Part shown: one piece after another, positions 10,941-22,387 of the stretch
Layout: the number at the start of each line of letters is the position of its first letter
Numbering within the stretch: position 1 is the first letter of the stretch
NCBI GenBank assembly: GCA_008690995.1
Contig: VRMN01000005.1
Location: forward strand, 620,001-684,000
Reading direction: 5' to 3'
Source of the DNA: Porphyridium purpureum
Lineage: Eukaryota
DNA length: 64,000 bases
Position numbers and translations under genes: made by a program
Notes under the pieces: model-generated
What the model saw: the letters and a program-made list of their open reading frames with translations, nothing else
What the model was told of the DNA's origin: nothing
Database searches by the model: none

Positions 10941-12729
10941 CCGTGTTCGAAGAGGGCCGAAATGGAAGATACCATGAGCCTTGGAACTAAGGTATCGCTT
11001 TTTGAACTGACTCGAGACTGAGCGATTGCCTGCTGCCTCGTTCGCCAAAAGGTCTTGCCCGGACTGCAGTTACTGGCAAGCGGAGCTCAGAAATCGTGGT
11101 TTCTTTACTACTGTTTCAAAGAAGGTCGAGAGTCAACAGCTGACACACCAGAATGACTAAATGTAAACGCCTGTCGTTTCCTGTCTTCCTGCTCTGCAGC
11201 CTTGCGTGGAGACTAACACCCTCGAAAGTTTGACCCATCTAATGTCTAAACAGCTCCATCCACGGACACGCAAGTCTCGAAACATAGCGTCGCTTCAGAA
11301 TTGTACAGACTGACGCTCCACCGAGTGCAAAGCAGTCGAGTATGGGAATTTCTCCAGCGATGCATCCGCCAGTGTCCGCACATTTCCGCGGGCAACATGC
11401 TTTTCAGTCAGGCTCCGTGTTTTTTTTTCGCGTTGAGACCTGGATCCGTAATCTCACGCGCGGAGCAGACTCACTGCGTACTAAAGAAAGTCAAGGCCGA
11501 TAACTCGAGCAGGTGCTTGAGGCACCGGATTCCTTTGATTCGGTAAGTTTGATGTTCATGCGCACTATTTTTACGGACTGGCGCCGAACACTCGAAAGCT
11601 CACAAGCTCCTGCGTGTGTCAACGTCCTAACAAGCATATTGGACCTGTCAAGGGTTTCACCGGTCCATGCCAGCTTGGTGTGACTTTCCCCCTTTGCCAG
11701 CTTCAAGCCAATTTCGAGCAGCTCTATCGCGAACCCTGCACGCCTGCCAAAACACCTGGCTCTGGAGACCAACGTGGAAATCGTGAAAGCTGTCGTGCTG
11801 CCCGCTAATCCTCCCGGTTTTCAAAATGGACATCGCCCAAGCAGTGGTGCGCAAGACGAAGAACGAGCAAATTGACTGTGACATTGTTTGCTCGAAAAGT
11901 CTGTGTTTTCAATGTAATGACGGCCTCCAGACGGTTCGAAGCAAGTCCTGCGAGCGCTCGCAAGCATGCGTCGTGTCACAGCACCCAGGGCTCTTTCGGG
12001 AACTTCAATATAACGCACACACTACACACACTAGACTGAAGCGACACGGAACCTAAGGCAATGTTTACTCTGTTGCGCACTGTTTTGTGTACGACGGGGT
12101 GCACCCTGAAGAGGAGGAAACCCAGTTCAAAACGGCTGGACGAGTCTACTCGACGGCGCAGAACGAACTCAGACAGCGAAAAGCAGTCGCTGAGTAGCTG
12201 CGCTGGGCTGGATGGCCATCTCGGATGCTAGCACGGACGACTCCCAACCGGCAGCACGCGGGCGAAAGCGCCACGCCAGGAGTATGCGCAGCGCACCGGG
12301 AAACGCGGCAGCTGACCATTTCGTCTCGAAGAACAGCAAGCATAGAACATACGGGGAATCGCTAAAACGGCATCGTTTTGGCATCCCGCACTTCATAGCA
12401 AACTTGCGCTCTTTCAGTATAAACACATTCGCGGAACCCTCGAGCTCAGAAACGTCAAGAACGCGCGGGGTACAGTGCATTTCTACGCGTTTCTGAGGGG
12501 GTGTACACTGTAAGCGTGTGGGCTTTGAAGGTGATGGAAGAAACCCTAGACACGGTATGCCGCGGCGAGTGGCGGCGTGCGCGGTGGGACAGCCAGTGTG
12601 CATGTGGTCCGCTCCACCGGTGTGGCAGTGCGGTGGTGTGGTCAGTAAGCTGTCTTCGAGAATTTCCAGCAACGCGTTGGATACGGATCGCTGGCTCGAA
12701 ACGGCGCGGTCTGCATGCTCGCGGGGTAA

Positions 12730-14361
12730 ATGAACAAGCTCGCCGCGCAGTATAGCAGACGGCGCATCTTTTCTCTCGCGCAGCTCCTGAACCGATGGGC
12801 GATCGTCGTGCTTGTGGGCTCGCTTGTGGGCTCGCTGGCGTGTCGCGCTGCAGCAGAGCAAAGCGCTGTGAATCCAGAGGCCAATCACACCCGTATTAGC
12901 CCGGCCTCGAGACCAACTCACCCAGTCGGAAGCGTGGCGACCGCCGCAGCCTCCAGCTCGGTGCATAAGCCACCATGGAGTTCCTACTTACCGAGTACCT
13001 TTGTTCATCACAGAGCCTGCGAAAGCTTTGGCGCGTTGCTCGACCAAGGCTGGACGACGCACGATCTAGAACTCAGGCTCGTTCAAATGAAGGAAAGCAT
13101 CGTCAAGATGAAGTCCCGAGAACTCTCTCTGCGGCGCAGACAGCTGTCGTGCTTGTTTTGGCAATTGCATGACGCGCATAAACTCGTGCACATGGAAATG
13201 GGCCGAAAGCTTATCGAGTTCTTGAAAGAGACGATGATGGTTTACTGGAGAGTGTACCGCGACAGGTCGCGGAAAAAGCTGTGGATGTATCATTTCCACA
13301 TCAGCAAAGCCGGCGGTACTAGCTTTTGTAATCTGGCGAGACGCAACGGATGCATGGTTCCGGGTCTAGGCGACGTACCCGAACAGCATCGCCTCCATGG
13401 GCGGAATTGCTTTACAAATGCGTTGGATGACGGAACAAGCTGGAATCCTGCGAATGTAGGTGCAATGTCGAATGCAAACGAGCACGCCCGCTCTTGCACG
13501 ATGCGCAAGGACTTGTTTGCACGCTTCGGTATCACATACGAGGCGAACGAAAAGTGGGCCAGTGAGCCGGATGATGATCCTACGTGCTCGGAACACGCGC
13601 TTTCGTTTCTTGTGCTTCGTGATCCTGTGGAGCGTGCAGTCTCCATGGTGACCAATGCAAGTCCAGCTCTTCGTCGGCATCGCGAGTGTATCGGCATTGA
13701 CCCGAAAAACCGCTCACGAAGCGTATTCGATCCAGATTGTGTACTCGAGCACAAATTTTACGCCACGGATAACTACCAGGTGCGCATGCTAGGTGGGTTT
13801 CGTGCCGCGAACCGTCCGCTTGGTGGTGTCATGATTAAAGACGTGAAGCAGGCCATGGTCGTCGCGCGCATGGTGGACACTTTGTTCATTCAGCACGGAG
13901 GCGAGCCTCGGTACAGGGCTTCAGACGCGGCGCATCTGTCGCTGGCGCTCGGCTTTGACGTGTATCGCGGGTTTAATGTGAACACAAGCAGGGAAAGGCA
14001 TTTGCGTACAGACTTCATGTTCACAGAACAACACTATGCCACGTTGACTGAGCGCAACAAGAGGGAGTATGGTCTTTTTCGGTACGCCAAGGCGTTATGG
14101 GATCTGGACCATTTCCTCATGCATCACACCGAACGGGTCTGTACACGGCTTCTACCGCCAGGCACGTCGGACACGTACTACTACTCGATCACGTGCAGAA
14201 AGCTGCGTGCAGACGTGGACCCTCTGCGGCAGAACAACGGCATGGACCTTGGTCTGCGCGGCATGTGGAGGCCAGCGGCGTGCGGGTGTGGATTCATCGG
14301 CATGACGCACAAGCCCAGGCCAGAGTGTCTGGACGTGTTTGACAAGCAGTTGCCTGGCTAA
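12730..14361 (+). CDS. second, divergent Golgi-type sulfotransferase-like protein
   Basis: N-terminal TM; PAPS-binding-like motifs YHFHISKAGGTSF and LVLRDPVERAVSM; DNYQVRML and NKREYGLFRYA match the usual C-terminal pattern. Confidence 0.75.
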   Translation: MNKLAAQYSRRRIFSLAQLLNRWAIVVLVGSLVGSLACRAAAEQSAVNPEANHTRISPASRPTHPVGSVATAAASSSVHKPPWSSYLPSTFVHHRACESFGALLDQGWTTHDLELRLVQMKESIVKMKSRELSLRRRQLSCLFWQLHDAHKLVHMEMGRKLIEFLKETMMVYWRVYRDRSRKKLWMYHFHISKAGGTSFCNLARRNGCMVPGLGDVPEQHRLHGRNCFTNALDDGTSWNPANVGAMSNANEHARSCTMRKDLFARFGITYEANEKWASEPDDDPTCSEHALSFLVLRDPVERAVSMVTNASPALRRHRECIGIDPKNRSRSVFDPDCVLEHKFYATDNYQVRMLGGFRAANRPLGGVMIKDVKQAMVVARMVDTLFIQHGGEPRYRASDAAHLSLALGFDVYRGFNVNTSRERHLRTDFMFTEQHYATLTERNKREYGLFRYAKALWDLDHFLMHHTERVCTRLLPPGTSDTYYYSITCRKLRADVDPLRQNNGMDLGLRGMWRPAACGCGFIGMTHKPRPECLDVFDKQLPG

Positions 14362-14649
14362 TAATTTTGTTCCGCACATCAACGCGCGGAAAATGCACGC
14401 ACGCACACATCAGACTCCTGTTGCAAGCAGCCGCACCAGGAGACGGCAGGATCAGCGGAGGTCCGAAATGCAAGCCGCACCTCCCCACTCGACTAAATGA
14501 GATAAAAAGGAAACCCTACATTTATCGATTGGTGGCGAGCGGCTAAGCGGACTTGGGTGTGAGAGCGCTTTCTTGGGAGAACCGTTGAGGAAGACGCACG
14601 GCCTGTAGCCACCGCGGGCGCGCGCGCGCACACGAGAAGGGGCGCCGCG

Positions 14650-16527
14650 ATGTCGAGCGAAGGACCAGGCGCAGGTGCGCCCGCGGGCGCGACGCTGAAG
14701 AGTCGGGCGCGCAGGCTCACCCAGTACCAGCGCGCGTTCCAGTTCATTAGTTCCGGCAGCCGGCGCGACGCCGCGGGAGAAGACGCGTCCGTCGTGCCTG
14801 AGCAGCCACGCCAGAAGGTTCGCAGTGGGATAGAAGGAGCGGGAAAAGTACAAATGCAGCTGCCTGTGCCCGCAAGTGGGACGTTAGACGCGCCATCGGC
14901 CAATATCGCGCCGTCAGCGCAGTTCCCACAGGTCATGCAGCCGGGGCGCGCGTTCCCTGCGGAGTGCTCTGCACGCGAATCTTTCGGTTCACAGGTTGCG
15001 CGGCAGAATCAGGTGGGAATCTCACAGACAGTCGACCAGGACATGATCGGACTGGTCAGACATGATGCCCCGGCAGACTTGCACGCACCAATGCCGCCGT
15101 TCGTGTCTGGTCCTCAAGCAGCAATATTGAATACTTTGGAACCAGACGTTCATGTGCACCGACCGATGCACCCGGTGATGCCTGGGGCCGCTCATCCATT
15201 GGATCAGAGAATGGTGCGCGAACATGAGCAGCAGCAGCAGCAGCAGCAGCAAATGCTCCTGCGTCAGAGCGCTGATGGCCACAGCACCGGCAGAGGTTCG
15301 GCGCGGCATCTTGATTGCTTCGGTGTGACCGACGGTTTAACGCATGTTCGAGGTGAGCTACAGCCGCAGGTGTCTCTCGCCACTGTAGCTTCGAACATGT
15401 ACAGTCTGCAACCTGGTCGTGAGTCTCCTGTTCCTCAACAGGCCAAGCTGTTGAGTTCTTACGGCAGCGGTGCTCAGTTCCCAAATCGAATGGACTCGAC
15501 GCGCAGTGCCGAGGTGTTTGAAATGGCTGTAGACCAGAAGCAGAGGCGCGGTGCGGGCGGATCAATCGGAGCCCATTCTCCAATGAGTATGAATGCCGGT
15601 GGGGCATTATCAGACGCGCGCTTTGATCGATCGTCGTCGTATACATCTGGCGCTGAGGGGTCGTATGTGAGTGGTGCACTGTCGCCTGGACCACCTGGGC
15701 CGCGGCTGTTGCATGCCGCCAGTTTTCGGACCGACCCAGGATACTCTGCCGGTGGCGAGGGCTCAGCGACTAATTCTGGTAGGCTTTGGAGCAATGCATC
15801 AGGGAACTATCTTCCAACGCCCGACAACCAAAGCGAGCCCTACTCTTCTCCGCGAGCAAACAGTGCGTTTTTGCCCAGCTTCAGTGAGGTATACCGCCTT
15901 GCGACTCCCTCAGTTCGCTCTGAGGACGGTACAGAACAAGCACTGTTGCTGAATTTTGGTACTTCGATGAACATTAACGCACCATCGGCATATTCTCTCG
16001 GTTCACGGACGCCGTCCGGAACGATAGGACGAGGCTACCAAGGGCCACCGCGCAGCCTGCCCCCAGCGGGTCCGAGTCCGCAGGTGGGGGACTCATCTTC
16101 CGGGAACGCGCTAGGCAAGAAGCGCCGCATCAAAACATTCCGGAAGCCTCAGCTCAGCGACTTTTGTCACATTTGCGGCCGTACGAGCAAGACGCAGCGC
16201 ATGAGTGCTTGCAGCAACATCAGAACGGGCACGTGCCGCAAGGCAGTTTGTCGATTATGCTTTGAAACGTACGGGTGGGATTGGATGCGCGCACAGGACC
16301 CTGTTTCCGGCTGGCCGTGCTGTCACTGCCGCGAAGAGTGTCCACCGAATTCCCGCTGCTTTGTGTATCAGCGCGCCAATGAAAAGCGAAAGCAAAAGTC
16401 AGTTGTGCTCAAGGCAGACGAGCCGAACCGCAGCAGCAACAGCAGCAGAGATAAATCTGCCATGATGAACGGCGCCGATGATGCCAGTAGCGCATCGGCA
16501 GTACCCTCAGCGTTGGACAACCCATGA
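14650..16527 (+). CDS. disordered, Q-tract protein with C-terminal Cys-rich zinc finger (zf-4CXXC_R1-like); probable transcription/chromatin regulator
   Basis: FCHICGR...ACSN...CRKAVCRLC...WPCCHCREECP..RC, preceded by the NLS-like KKRRIK. Confidence 0.7.
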   Translation: MSSEGPGAGAPAGATLKSRARRLTQYQRAFQFISSGSRRDAAGEDASVVPEQPRQKVRSGIEGAGKVQMQLPVPASGTLDAPSANIAPSAQFPQVMQPGRAFPAECSARESFGSQVARQNQVGISQTVDQDMIGLVRHDAPADLHAPMPPFVSGPQAAILNTLEPDVHVHRPMHPVMPGAAHPLDQRMVREHEQQQQQQQQMLLRQSADGHSTGRGSARHLDCFGVTDGLTHVRGELQPQVSLATVASNMYSLQPGRESPVPQQAKLLSSYGSGAQFPNRMDSTRSAEVFEMAVDQKQRRGAGGSIGAHSPMSMNAGGALSDARFDRSSSYTSGAEGSYVSGALSPGPPGPRLLHAASFRTDPGYSAGGEGSATNSGRLWSNASGNYLPTPDNQSEPYSSPRANSAFLPSFSEVYRLATPSVRSEDGTEQALLLNFGTSMNINAPSAYSLGSRTPSGTIGRGYQGPPRSLPPAGPSPQVGDSSSGNALGKKRRIKTFRKPQLSDFCHICGRTSKTQRMSACSNIRTGTCRKAVCRLCFETYGWDWMRAQDPVSGWPCCHCREECPPNSRCFVYQRANEKRKQKSVVLKADEPNRSSNSSRDKSAMMNGADDASSASAVPSALDNP

Positions 16528-16759
16528 CGGGCGGGTTCTGAGCGCGCCAGTGATGCTTGTACCTTGTCGCCTGTGTAGAAGGACCTTTGGCGAGTCATGA
16601 AGATGGTCAAGAATATACGTGTATGTAATGAACAAAAGAGAATAAACTTCAATCGCCCGGGGCAGACAACGACCATCATTTCCGCCCTCAACACGAACGA
16701 AAAGCACGTACTGCGAGCGCGGATCCAAGGAGCGGCTAAGATCCTGTACGCTGTTAAGG

Positions 16760-17935
16760 ATGCAGACGCGTAGCGAGGCAGTGCTGCAGATCGCACGGCG
16801 CGCGCAGCTCCACGTCCGACTGCGCGTGCCGGGCACTCACATGCGCTTGCGTGTGAGTGATGGCCTGGAGTGGGACACCATTCGATTCAACGTGCGCAAA
16901 GAATGTGAGCGGCCGCGTTCAACCCCGCATCTGGCTTCGCCGCTCCGCGTTGCAAGCGCAGACGGTGGACGGCGCATTTTCTTGGCAGACGAAGCTGGAG
17001 AGACAGGCAATTTGACGTGGGAGAACATTCCGACGCTGCAAGACGATGACGTAGCGCCGTGGCAGCAACGAGTCGATGTGGCGATTCCGGGTGACGTCGA
17101 TCTCTCGTGCGAACTTGACCACGGTTTGCTAGAAATAATCGGAAAATATGAGGGAGAATTCGTAGATATCCGGACGCGCAACGAGGCAAGCATTGTGATG
17201 GACCGCGCCAAGTGCCAGCGTGTGCACGTTCACATGCGCGGGAGCGGCCAATGGACGGCAAAGCTCGTTCAGGGCCACGTGTTTGCGCGTCTCGAAGATC
17301 AGTGTAGCCTGGCTTTGCGAAAGGTCCAAGGCCCAACCATTCGCATTGCGACACACGATGGTGAGCTCCAGCTGTCAAGCATTTATGGAGGCACTGTGAA
17401 GCTTGCGTCTCGGCGTGGTCGTATTCGTGTCGGTGCGGCGCACGGAATCCTTACTACGCTTGCACGATGCGGACAGACGAGCATTTCTGGAATCGATGGC
17501 ACTGCGCGTGTTTATTCTGACCGTGGCGCATTGCAACTACATGCGTCAAATCCGCAGCACATTTGCGCCATGTCGAGATCAGGCGATGTGGAGTTGAAAC
17601 TAAACAGTGGACTGCGGGCTCAAGCATACCTGTACGCGATGCGCAGCGAGTTAATCCTCATCGACAGCTCGGCGCAGCTAAAGGTGCTGGAATCGACTGA
17701 AAGCACCTGTTCTGACGGCTCTCGTGCGCAAGTGGTGGCACGAGTGCAAACGGATGACCCACGCAGTATTGCAGATCGCATCCCAGCACATCAGCATAGC
17801 GCTCTTCTGCTGGTCTCGGACATCTCTCCGGAGGAAGCCAGGAACCGGAAGCTCGTGCTCAGTTCCGGGACGAGTCAGGTGAGTCTGTCCGCGAGCGACT
17901 GGCTCAATTCTCTCAGACTTGGGCAGCATGAGTAG
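16760..17935 (+). CDS. DUF4097/FAM185A-like beta-solenoid protein
   Basis: 391-aa ORF with repeated beta-strand units (IRIATHDGEL, VKLASRRGRIRV, VYSDRGAL, AMSRSGDVEL) and IIGKYEG. Confidence 0.55.
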   Translation: MQTRSEAVLQIARRAQLHVRLRVPGTHMRLRVSDGLEWDTIRFNVRKECERPRSTPHLASPLRVASADGGRRIFLADEAGETGNLTWENIPTLQDDDVAPWQQRVDVAIPGDVDLSCELDHGLLEIIGKYEGEFVDIRTRNEASIVMDRAKCQRVHVHMRGSGQWTAKLVQGHVFARLEDQCSLALRKVQGPTIRIATHDGELQLSSIYGGTVKLASRRGRIRVGAAHGILTTLARCGQTSISGIDGTARVYSDRGALQLHASNPQHICAMSRSGDVELKLNSGLRAQAYLYAMRSELILIDSSAQLKVLESTESTCSDGSRAQVVARVQTDDPRSIADRIPAHQHSALLLVSDISPEEARNRKLVLSSGTSQVSLSASDWLNSLRLGQHE

Positions 17936-18185
17936 ACTCGAGCGACGACCGCTCTAGAGAGAGAAGAAAGAGAACCAATTTTGTAGGATTCGAAAGAATC
18001 TCATGTAAAATAGATGATCGCGTCTGCTTGCAACCTTAATGGCGTGTGTTCGGTGATGCCCGAATACCTGGACGACATGAAACGGATGTAAATGTCAAAA
18101 ATATTCTTCAGCAGCGCCTCCTCTAGTTCGACGTTTGCGTTCTCACAACTCATGCGCACAACCCTCGGAAAGACAACTACAGAAG

Positions 18186-18734
18186 CTAACTGAGGGGCTC
18201 GGCCTCCTGTATTGGCCGTGTGATCTTACCGAGCTCGGCCTCGAGGTACTCCGCCGTCTTGGACGCAACGGCCCGGAGCATGCCAAACTCCACTGAGACG
18301 TCACCAATGACACACAGCAGGTTTTGTGACATCGGCCGGATGGCCAGACGGCCGTTGTCAAGCTGCATTACAACGCATTCGAGCTCTTCTGTTGGTGCAT
18401 CGGACTGGATCTGCGACTGAAAGCTTGTCCACACAGATGCGCCAATCGCCGCAAAGATACTTTCGTGCGGATCATTACCTCGCGAGACGCCACTGCTGCC
18501 ATACACATTGCCACCCTTTCCATGGGAGCCAGCACCCACAGGTGCCGGGGAAGAGACCCCGGCGTTTGTCGCCGCAGCCGCAGCCGCAGCCGCAGCTGCG
18601 GCAGCCGCGTTCCACGGCGCGCCATCCCGAGAAATGGCAATTAGTGTTCCGTCGCCCTTGATCATCATAACGGCGTGCACACCAGGCACCTTGGCGGCAT
18701 CCAGCACATCTCCGACCTTTTGCGGTCGCAGCAT
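18186..18734 (-). CDS. LAMTOR2: Roadblock/LAMTOR2-like Ragulator subunit with a poly-Ala insertion
   Basis: MLRPQ start, GVHAVMMIKGDGTLIA, AAIGASVW, VEFGMLR and EYLEAEL match the LAMTOR2 pattern. Confidence 0.8.
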   Translation of the reverse strand: MLRPQKVGDVLDAAKVPGVHAVMMIKGDGTLIAISRDGAPWNAAAAAAAAAAAAATNAGVSSPAPVGAGSHGKGGNVYGSSGVSRGNDPHESIFAAIGASVWTSFQSQIQSDAPTEELECVVMQLDNGRLAIRPMSQNLLCVIGDVSVEFGMLRAVASKTAEYLEAELGKITRPIQEAEPLS

Positions 18735-18973
18735 GACCTCGAGACCTTGCGTGGCGCTTATTCTACTTTCCACCGGTCGTGAGCAAGCCGCTCTTGCCTT
18801 GTCGCGCACGCGTACGCGTTCGCGCTCAGACCAGTAGTTCAGCCAGGCGCGGAAGCTTCGTCCGTATCGTCGTCAAGCGTGGCCGTGTTTAATTTTCTTT
18901 TGCTGGCGTTGCTTGGTTGTTCTGGTTGTTGTTTCGACTCGAGTCGATCGCAACAGTCACTAAAGCCGCGCTC

Positions 18974-20012
18974 TCACCGTGAAGGAAACAACTCTGGGAA
19001 GCTCGCAAGCTGCTCTAGTGGCCTAGCTAGCAGAAGAAAATACTTGAGGCAACGCTCACGAGCGCTCTGCATGTGAGCATGCGCGGGATGGCTATTGTGC
19101 AGGGTCTCGTGATCGTCTGCTCTCGACACCAGCGTTTGCTGCGCATTATCCAGCTCTATAATGTGCGGACGCATGTCCAGATTGGCCAGTCGACAAGCCT
19201 GTTTCTCGTCTTCCGCGTCTGGCGAGGCGACGAGCGGCGCGAAAACGCGCTGGAGAAACTCGACCAGAAGCTCTCGGCATTCTGCCATTTCGTCACATGG
19301 CAAGTACTCTACTTCGAGAACGGTCAGCTTTGTTAGTCCGCGCTCCATCACGGTGCCCACACGTATAATCAGGTCGCACATGTCATATTGCACACCATGC
19401 AGCACACGAACCGGCTTGCTTCCCGTAGCGGCAGCCGCCACGCGCATCAAAAGCGCGCGTAGGTCGGGCGAGGACGGAAGGAGGATGAGCTCAGTGCTCT
19501 GTGTGATGCCAGTAGCGTCACGAGCCGGACCGCCATCATCTGCCTTCAGCACGACATATTCAAGCTTGAGTGAGCGCATCCGGAACGACAAGATATGTAA
19601 CTCAGAACCAGCAGCACCCAGCTTGCACGGCAGGTGGATACCCCGCGCGTCGGCTGTGGGCTGCACACACGTATCACAGCTCACCTTCCATGTATCCGCA
19701 CGCACGCCCGACAGCGCCTCCACACGGCGCCGTAGCTCCTTCTCCACAAGCGCCGCACTGTGTTCGCGCGTCGGCACAAACAGGAGCATTGTCGCGCCCA
19801 TCTGATTCAGTTGGTCCGCGGAGAGCAAATCAAACACCGCGGGGGCCACGCGCTCACGCCCCTGATACACAGCAAGAATGACGCCGCCGCCTGTGTAGGG
19901 CGACACATCACTGTTCGTAAACTTGCTCGCAGTGAGGTAGGAAGGATCCCTTCGATGATCAATGTGCTTGTATGTGAGCGTGTGTGTGGGTCTGTGTGTG
20001 TGTGTACGTCAT
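18974..20012 (-). CDS. MED20: Mediator subunit 20-like; probable 5-nt first exon (20012-20008) and intron 20007-19911
   Basis: GVQYDMCDLIIRVGTV and LEVEYLPC...ELLVEFL are Med20-like. The ORF track start at 19906 is GTG; a GT..CAG intron joins ATG 20012 in frame. Confidence 0.7.
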
Positions 20013-20154
20013 ACAGCGGAGCTCGACTTGAGCGGCTTGGACTTTCAAACGCCTCTTTACGTGTGGAGCCAACTTTTCTCACATCCAGGGACTGTCTCAG
20101 CTCAACCGCATCCCTCTTTGACCATACTCTCGCCGGTTTTGATTCTCTTCTTCT

Positions 20155-21540
20155 TTACTTGGGCGCCGGTGTGCGCATCGTTACTAGCTCTTCGGCGGCA
20201 GATGGATGTAGCGCCATCGTGTTGTCAAAATCAGCCTTGGTCGCGCCAGCTTTCATGGCTACTCCAATAATCTGCACCATTTCGGCAGCCGCAGGCTCCA
20301 CCAAGTGCACTCCGACCACTTTATCGGTTTCGCGATGCACAAGCAGCTTCAGAAAGGTTCGCTCGACGCCCTGTGCGAGCGTCTGCTTGAGGGGGCGGAA
20401 CGCCGATTTGAAAACCACCACATTATCTGCACCGAAAGCCTCCTCCGCCTGCTCTTGCGTCATACCACACGTGCCGATCGAGGGACTCGAGAACACGGCG
20501 GTCGGGATATTCTCGTAGTTCACTTTGCGAGGCTTATTGCCAAATTCGGTGTCCGCAAACGCGTGGCCCTCTGCGATCGCGACGGGTGTGAGCTGGTACT
20601 TTTCAATCACGTCGCCGACCGCCCAAATGTTCGGCACCGACGACCTGCACCACTCGTCCACGATAATCTCGTGCTTCTTTCCCTGCTTGACGCCGGCGTT
20701 CTCGAGTCCAAGTGTCTCTACCTTGGGCACGCGTCCCGTGGCATACATCACCTTGTCGAACCCGGGCAGCACGGACCCGTCCTTGAGTGTAGCCGCAAAC
20801 GACCCATCTGGGCTCTTCTCAACTTTGGTGAGGTCAGTATTGAACATCAGATTGATGCCATTCGCCCGCATTTGGTCGGCCAAAAAGCAGCGCACCTCCT
20901 TGTCAAAACCACGGAGGAACAGGTCTCCACGGTACGCGAGCGTGACTTCTGAGCCGTAGCCGTTCATGATGCACGCAAACTCGACCGCGATATAACCGCC
21001 TCCGACGATGAGAAGCTTCTTGGGCAAAGCGTCAAGGTAGAACATATCGTTTGAAGTCAGAACTTGCTCCTTGCCTTCAATATCTGGCACAAACGGACGC
21101 GATCCCACCGCAATCAGGATCTTCTTGGCGCCGTACTTGACGCCGTTGACTTCGATTGTGTTTGCGTCAATCAGCGTGGCAAAGCCGTTGATCAGCTCCA
21201 CGTTTGCATTGGCGAGCAGCTTGGCGTAGACGCCGTTGAGGCGCTCGATCTCGTTATTTTTGTTTTGGATCAAGCGCTTCCAGTCGAGCAGGTCTTCCTT
21301 GGGCTGAAAATTCCATCCAAATGCCGAGGCCTCGTGCATGTCATGCGCGTAGTGTGAGCCGTACACAAACAGCTTTTTCGGCACGCAGCCCACGTTCACG
21401 CAGGTGCCGCCGAGCGCCTGGTTCTCTGCGATCGCGACCTTGGCGCCATACCCAGCCGCGATGCGCGCCGCGCGCACTCCACCGGAGCCGGCGCCAATCA
21501 CAAACAGATCATACTCACCCCCTGCGTGTCCGTCCGCCAT
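20155..21540 (-). CDS. GR: glutathione reductase
   Basis: YDLFVIGAGSGGVRAAR, GGTCVNVGCVPKK redox disulfide, GGGYIAVEF, LTPVAI and HPSAAEE. Confidence 0.97.
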   Translation of the reverse strand: MADGHAGGEYDLFVIGAGSGGVRAARIAAGYGAKVAIAENQALGGTCVNVGCVPKKLFVYGSHYAHDMHEASAFGWNFQPKEDLLDWKRLIQNKNNEIERLNGVYAKLLANANVELINGFATLIDANTIEVNGVKYGAKKILIAVGSRPFVPDIEGKEQVLTSNDMFYLDALPKKLLIVGGGYIAVEFACIMNGYGSEVTLAYRGDLFLRGFDKEVRCFLADQMRANGINLMFNTDLTKVEKSPDGSFAATLKDGSVLPGFDKVMYATGRVPKVETLGLENAGVKQGKKHEIIVDEWCRSSVPNIWAVGDVIEKYQLTPVAIAEGHAFADTEFGNKPRKVNYENIPTAVFSSPSIGTCGMTQEQAEEAFGADNVVVFKSAFRPLKQTLAQGVERTFLKLLVHRETDKVVGVHLVEPAAAEMVQIIGVAMKAGATKADFDNTMALHPSAAEELVTMRTPAPK

Positions 21541-22387
21541 CGCACTCGTCCGCCTTCTTATCTCTTCCTATCGTGGTCCTCCTCCTCCTCACCCAACATT
21601 CTCTCGACCCTCCTTTTCTCTCTCTTCCGCGCTCAAGCAGCGGGCACCTTGTTAAAAAACAGCTTAATTAATTCAGTCCCGGACGTTATTTCTCCTATCG
21701 ACTTCTCGGTCCAAACCGATAGACCGAACCCAATTTTTGTAGCTGCACGCCGTCATGCCTTCCACACACCGAACAGCCGCTTGCTTGCATCGACGAATCC
21801 CCGTGGTCTTCTTGTTATTGTCTGAAGCCTTCCTCGCAGTCTTGGCCGCGCTTCGACCTTGACAGAGCCGCGCATCCAGCTTTAGCAGTGATGTGCAGGA
21901 CTTGGCACCGATGCGACGCACACGCGCTCGACGTTCTGACTGACTTTTCACGACGCCATGCCATTCATACAGTAGTGTCTTTCCATGCTCACTAATTCCG
22001 GTCACCCGCGAGCCGATGTGGCCACGAATATACAAAGATCCCACGCGCGAGTCCCGGGTGGTGTGCGTCACAGTCCGCGTGTGCCCAATTCGGAACACCA
22101 ACGCCAATACCACCACCATAAGAATCGCGTCTTGAGGGGGAAAAAGCGGGGGGAAACGCACGTGTGCGCGTGCTTGAACGGATTCGATCGATGTGTGTCT
22201 GTGCGTATAGTAAAACGAGTGTGTTTGAGTAGAAAGGAGGTACAGCCACGCGCCGATGTTCTGCGCCAAGTGGTTTGAAGAACGCTGCGGGCGTTGCGCT
22301 ACTTGGCGAAGCGCGAAGCGTGTGTCTGTGTGTGTGTGTGTGTGTGAGGAAGAGAGGAAGAAGGAGGATTGGAGAAGGGAGGGCGCG

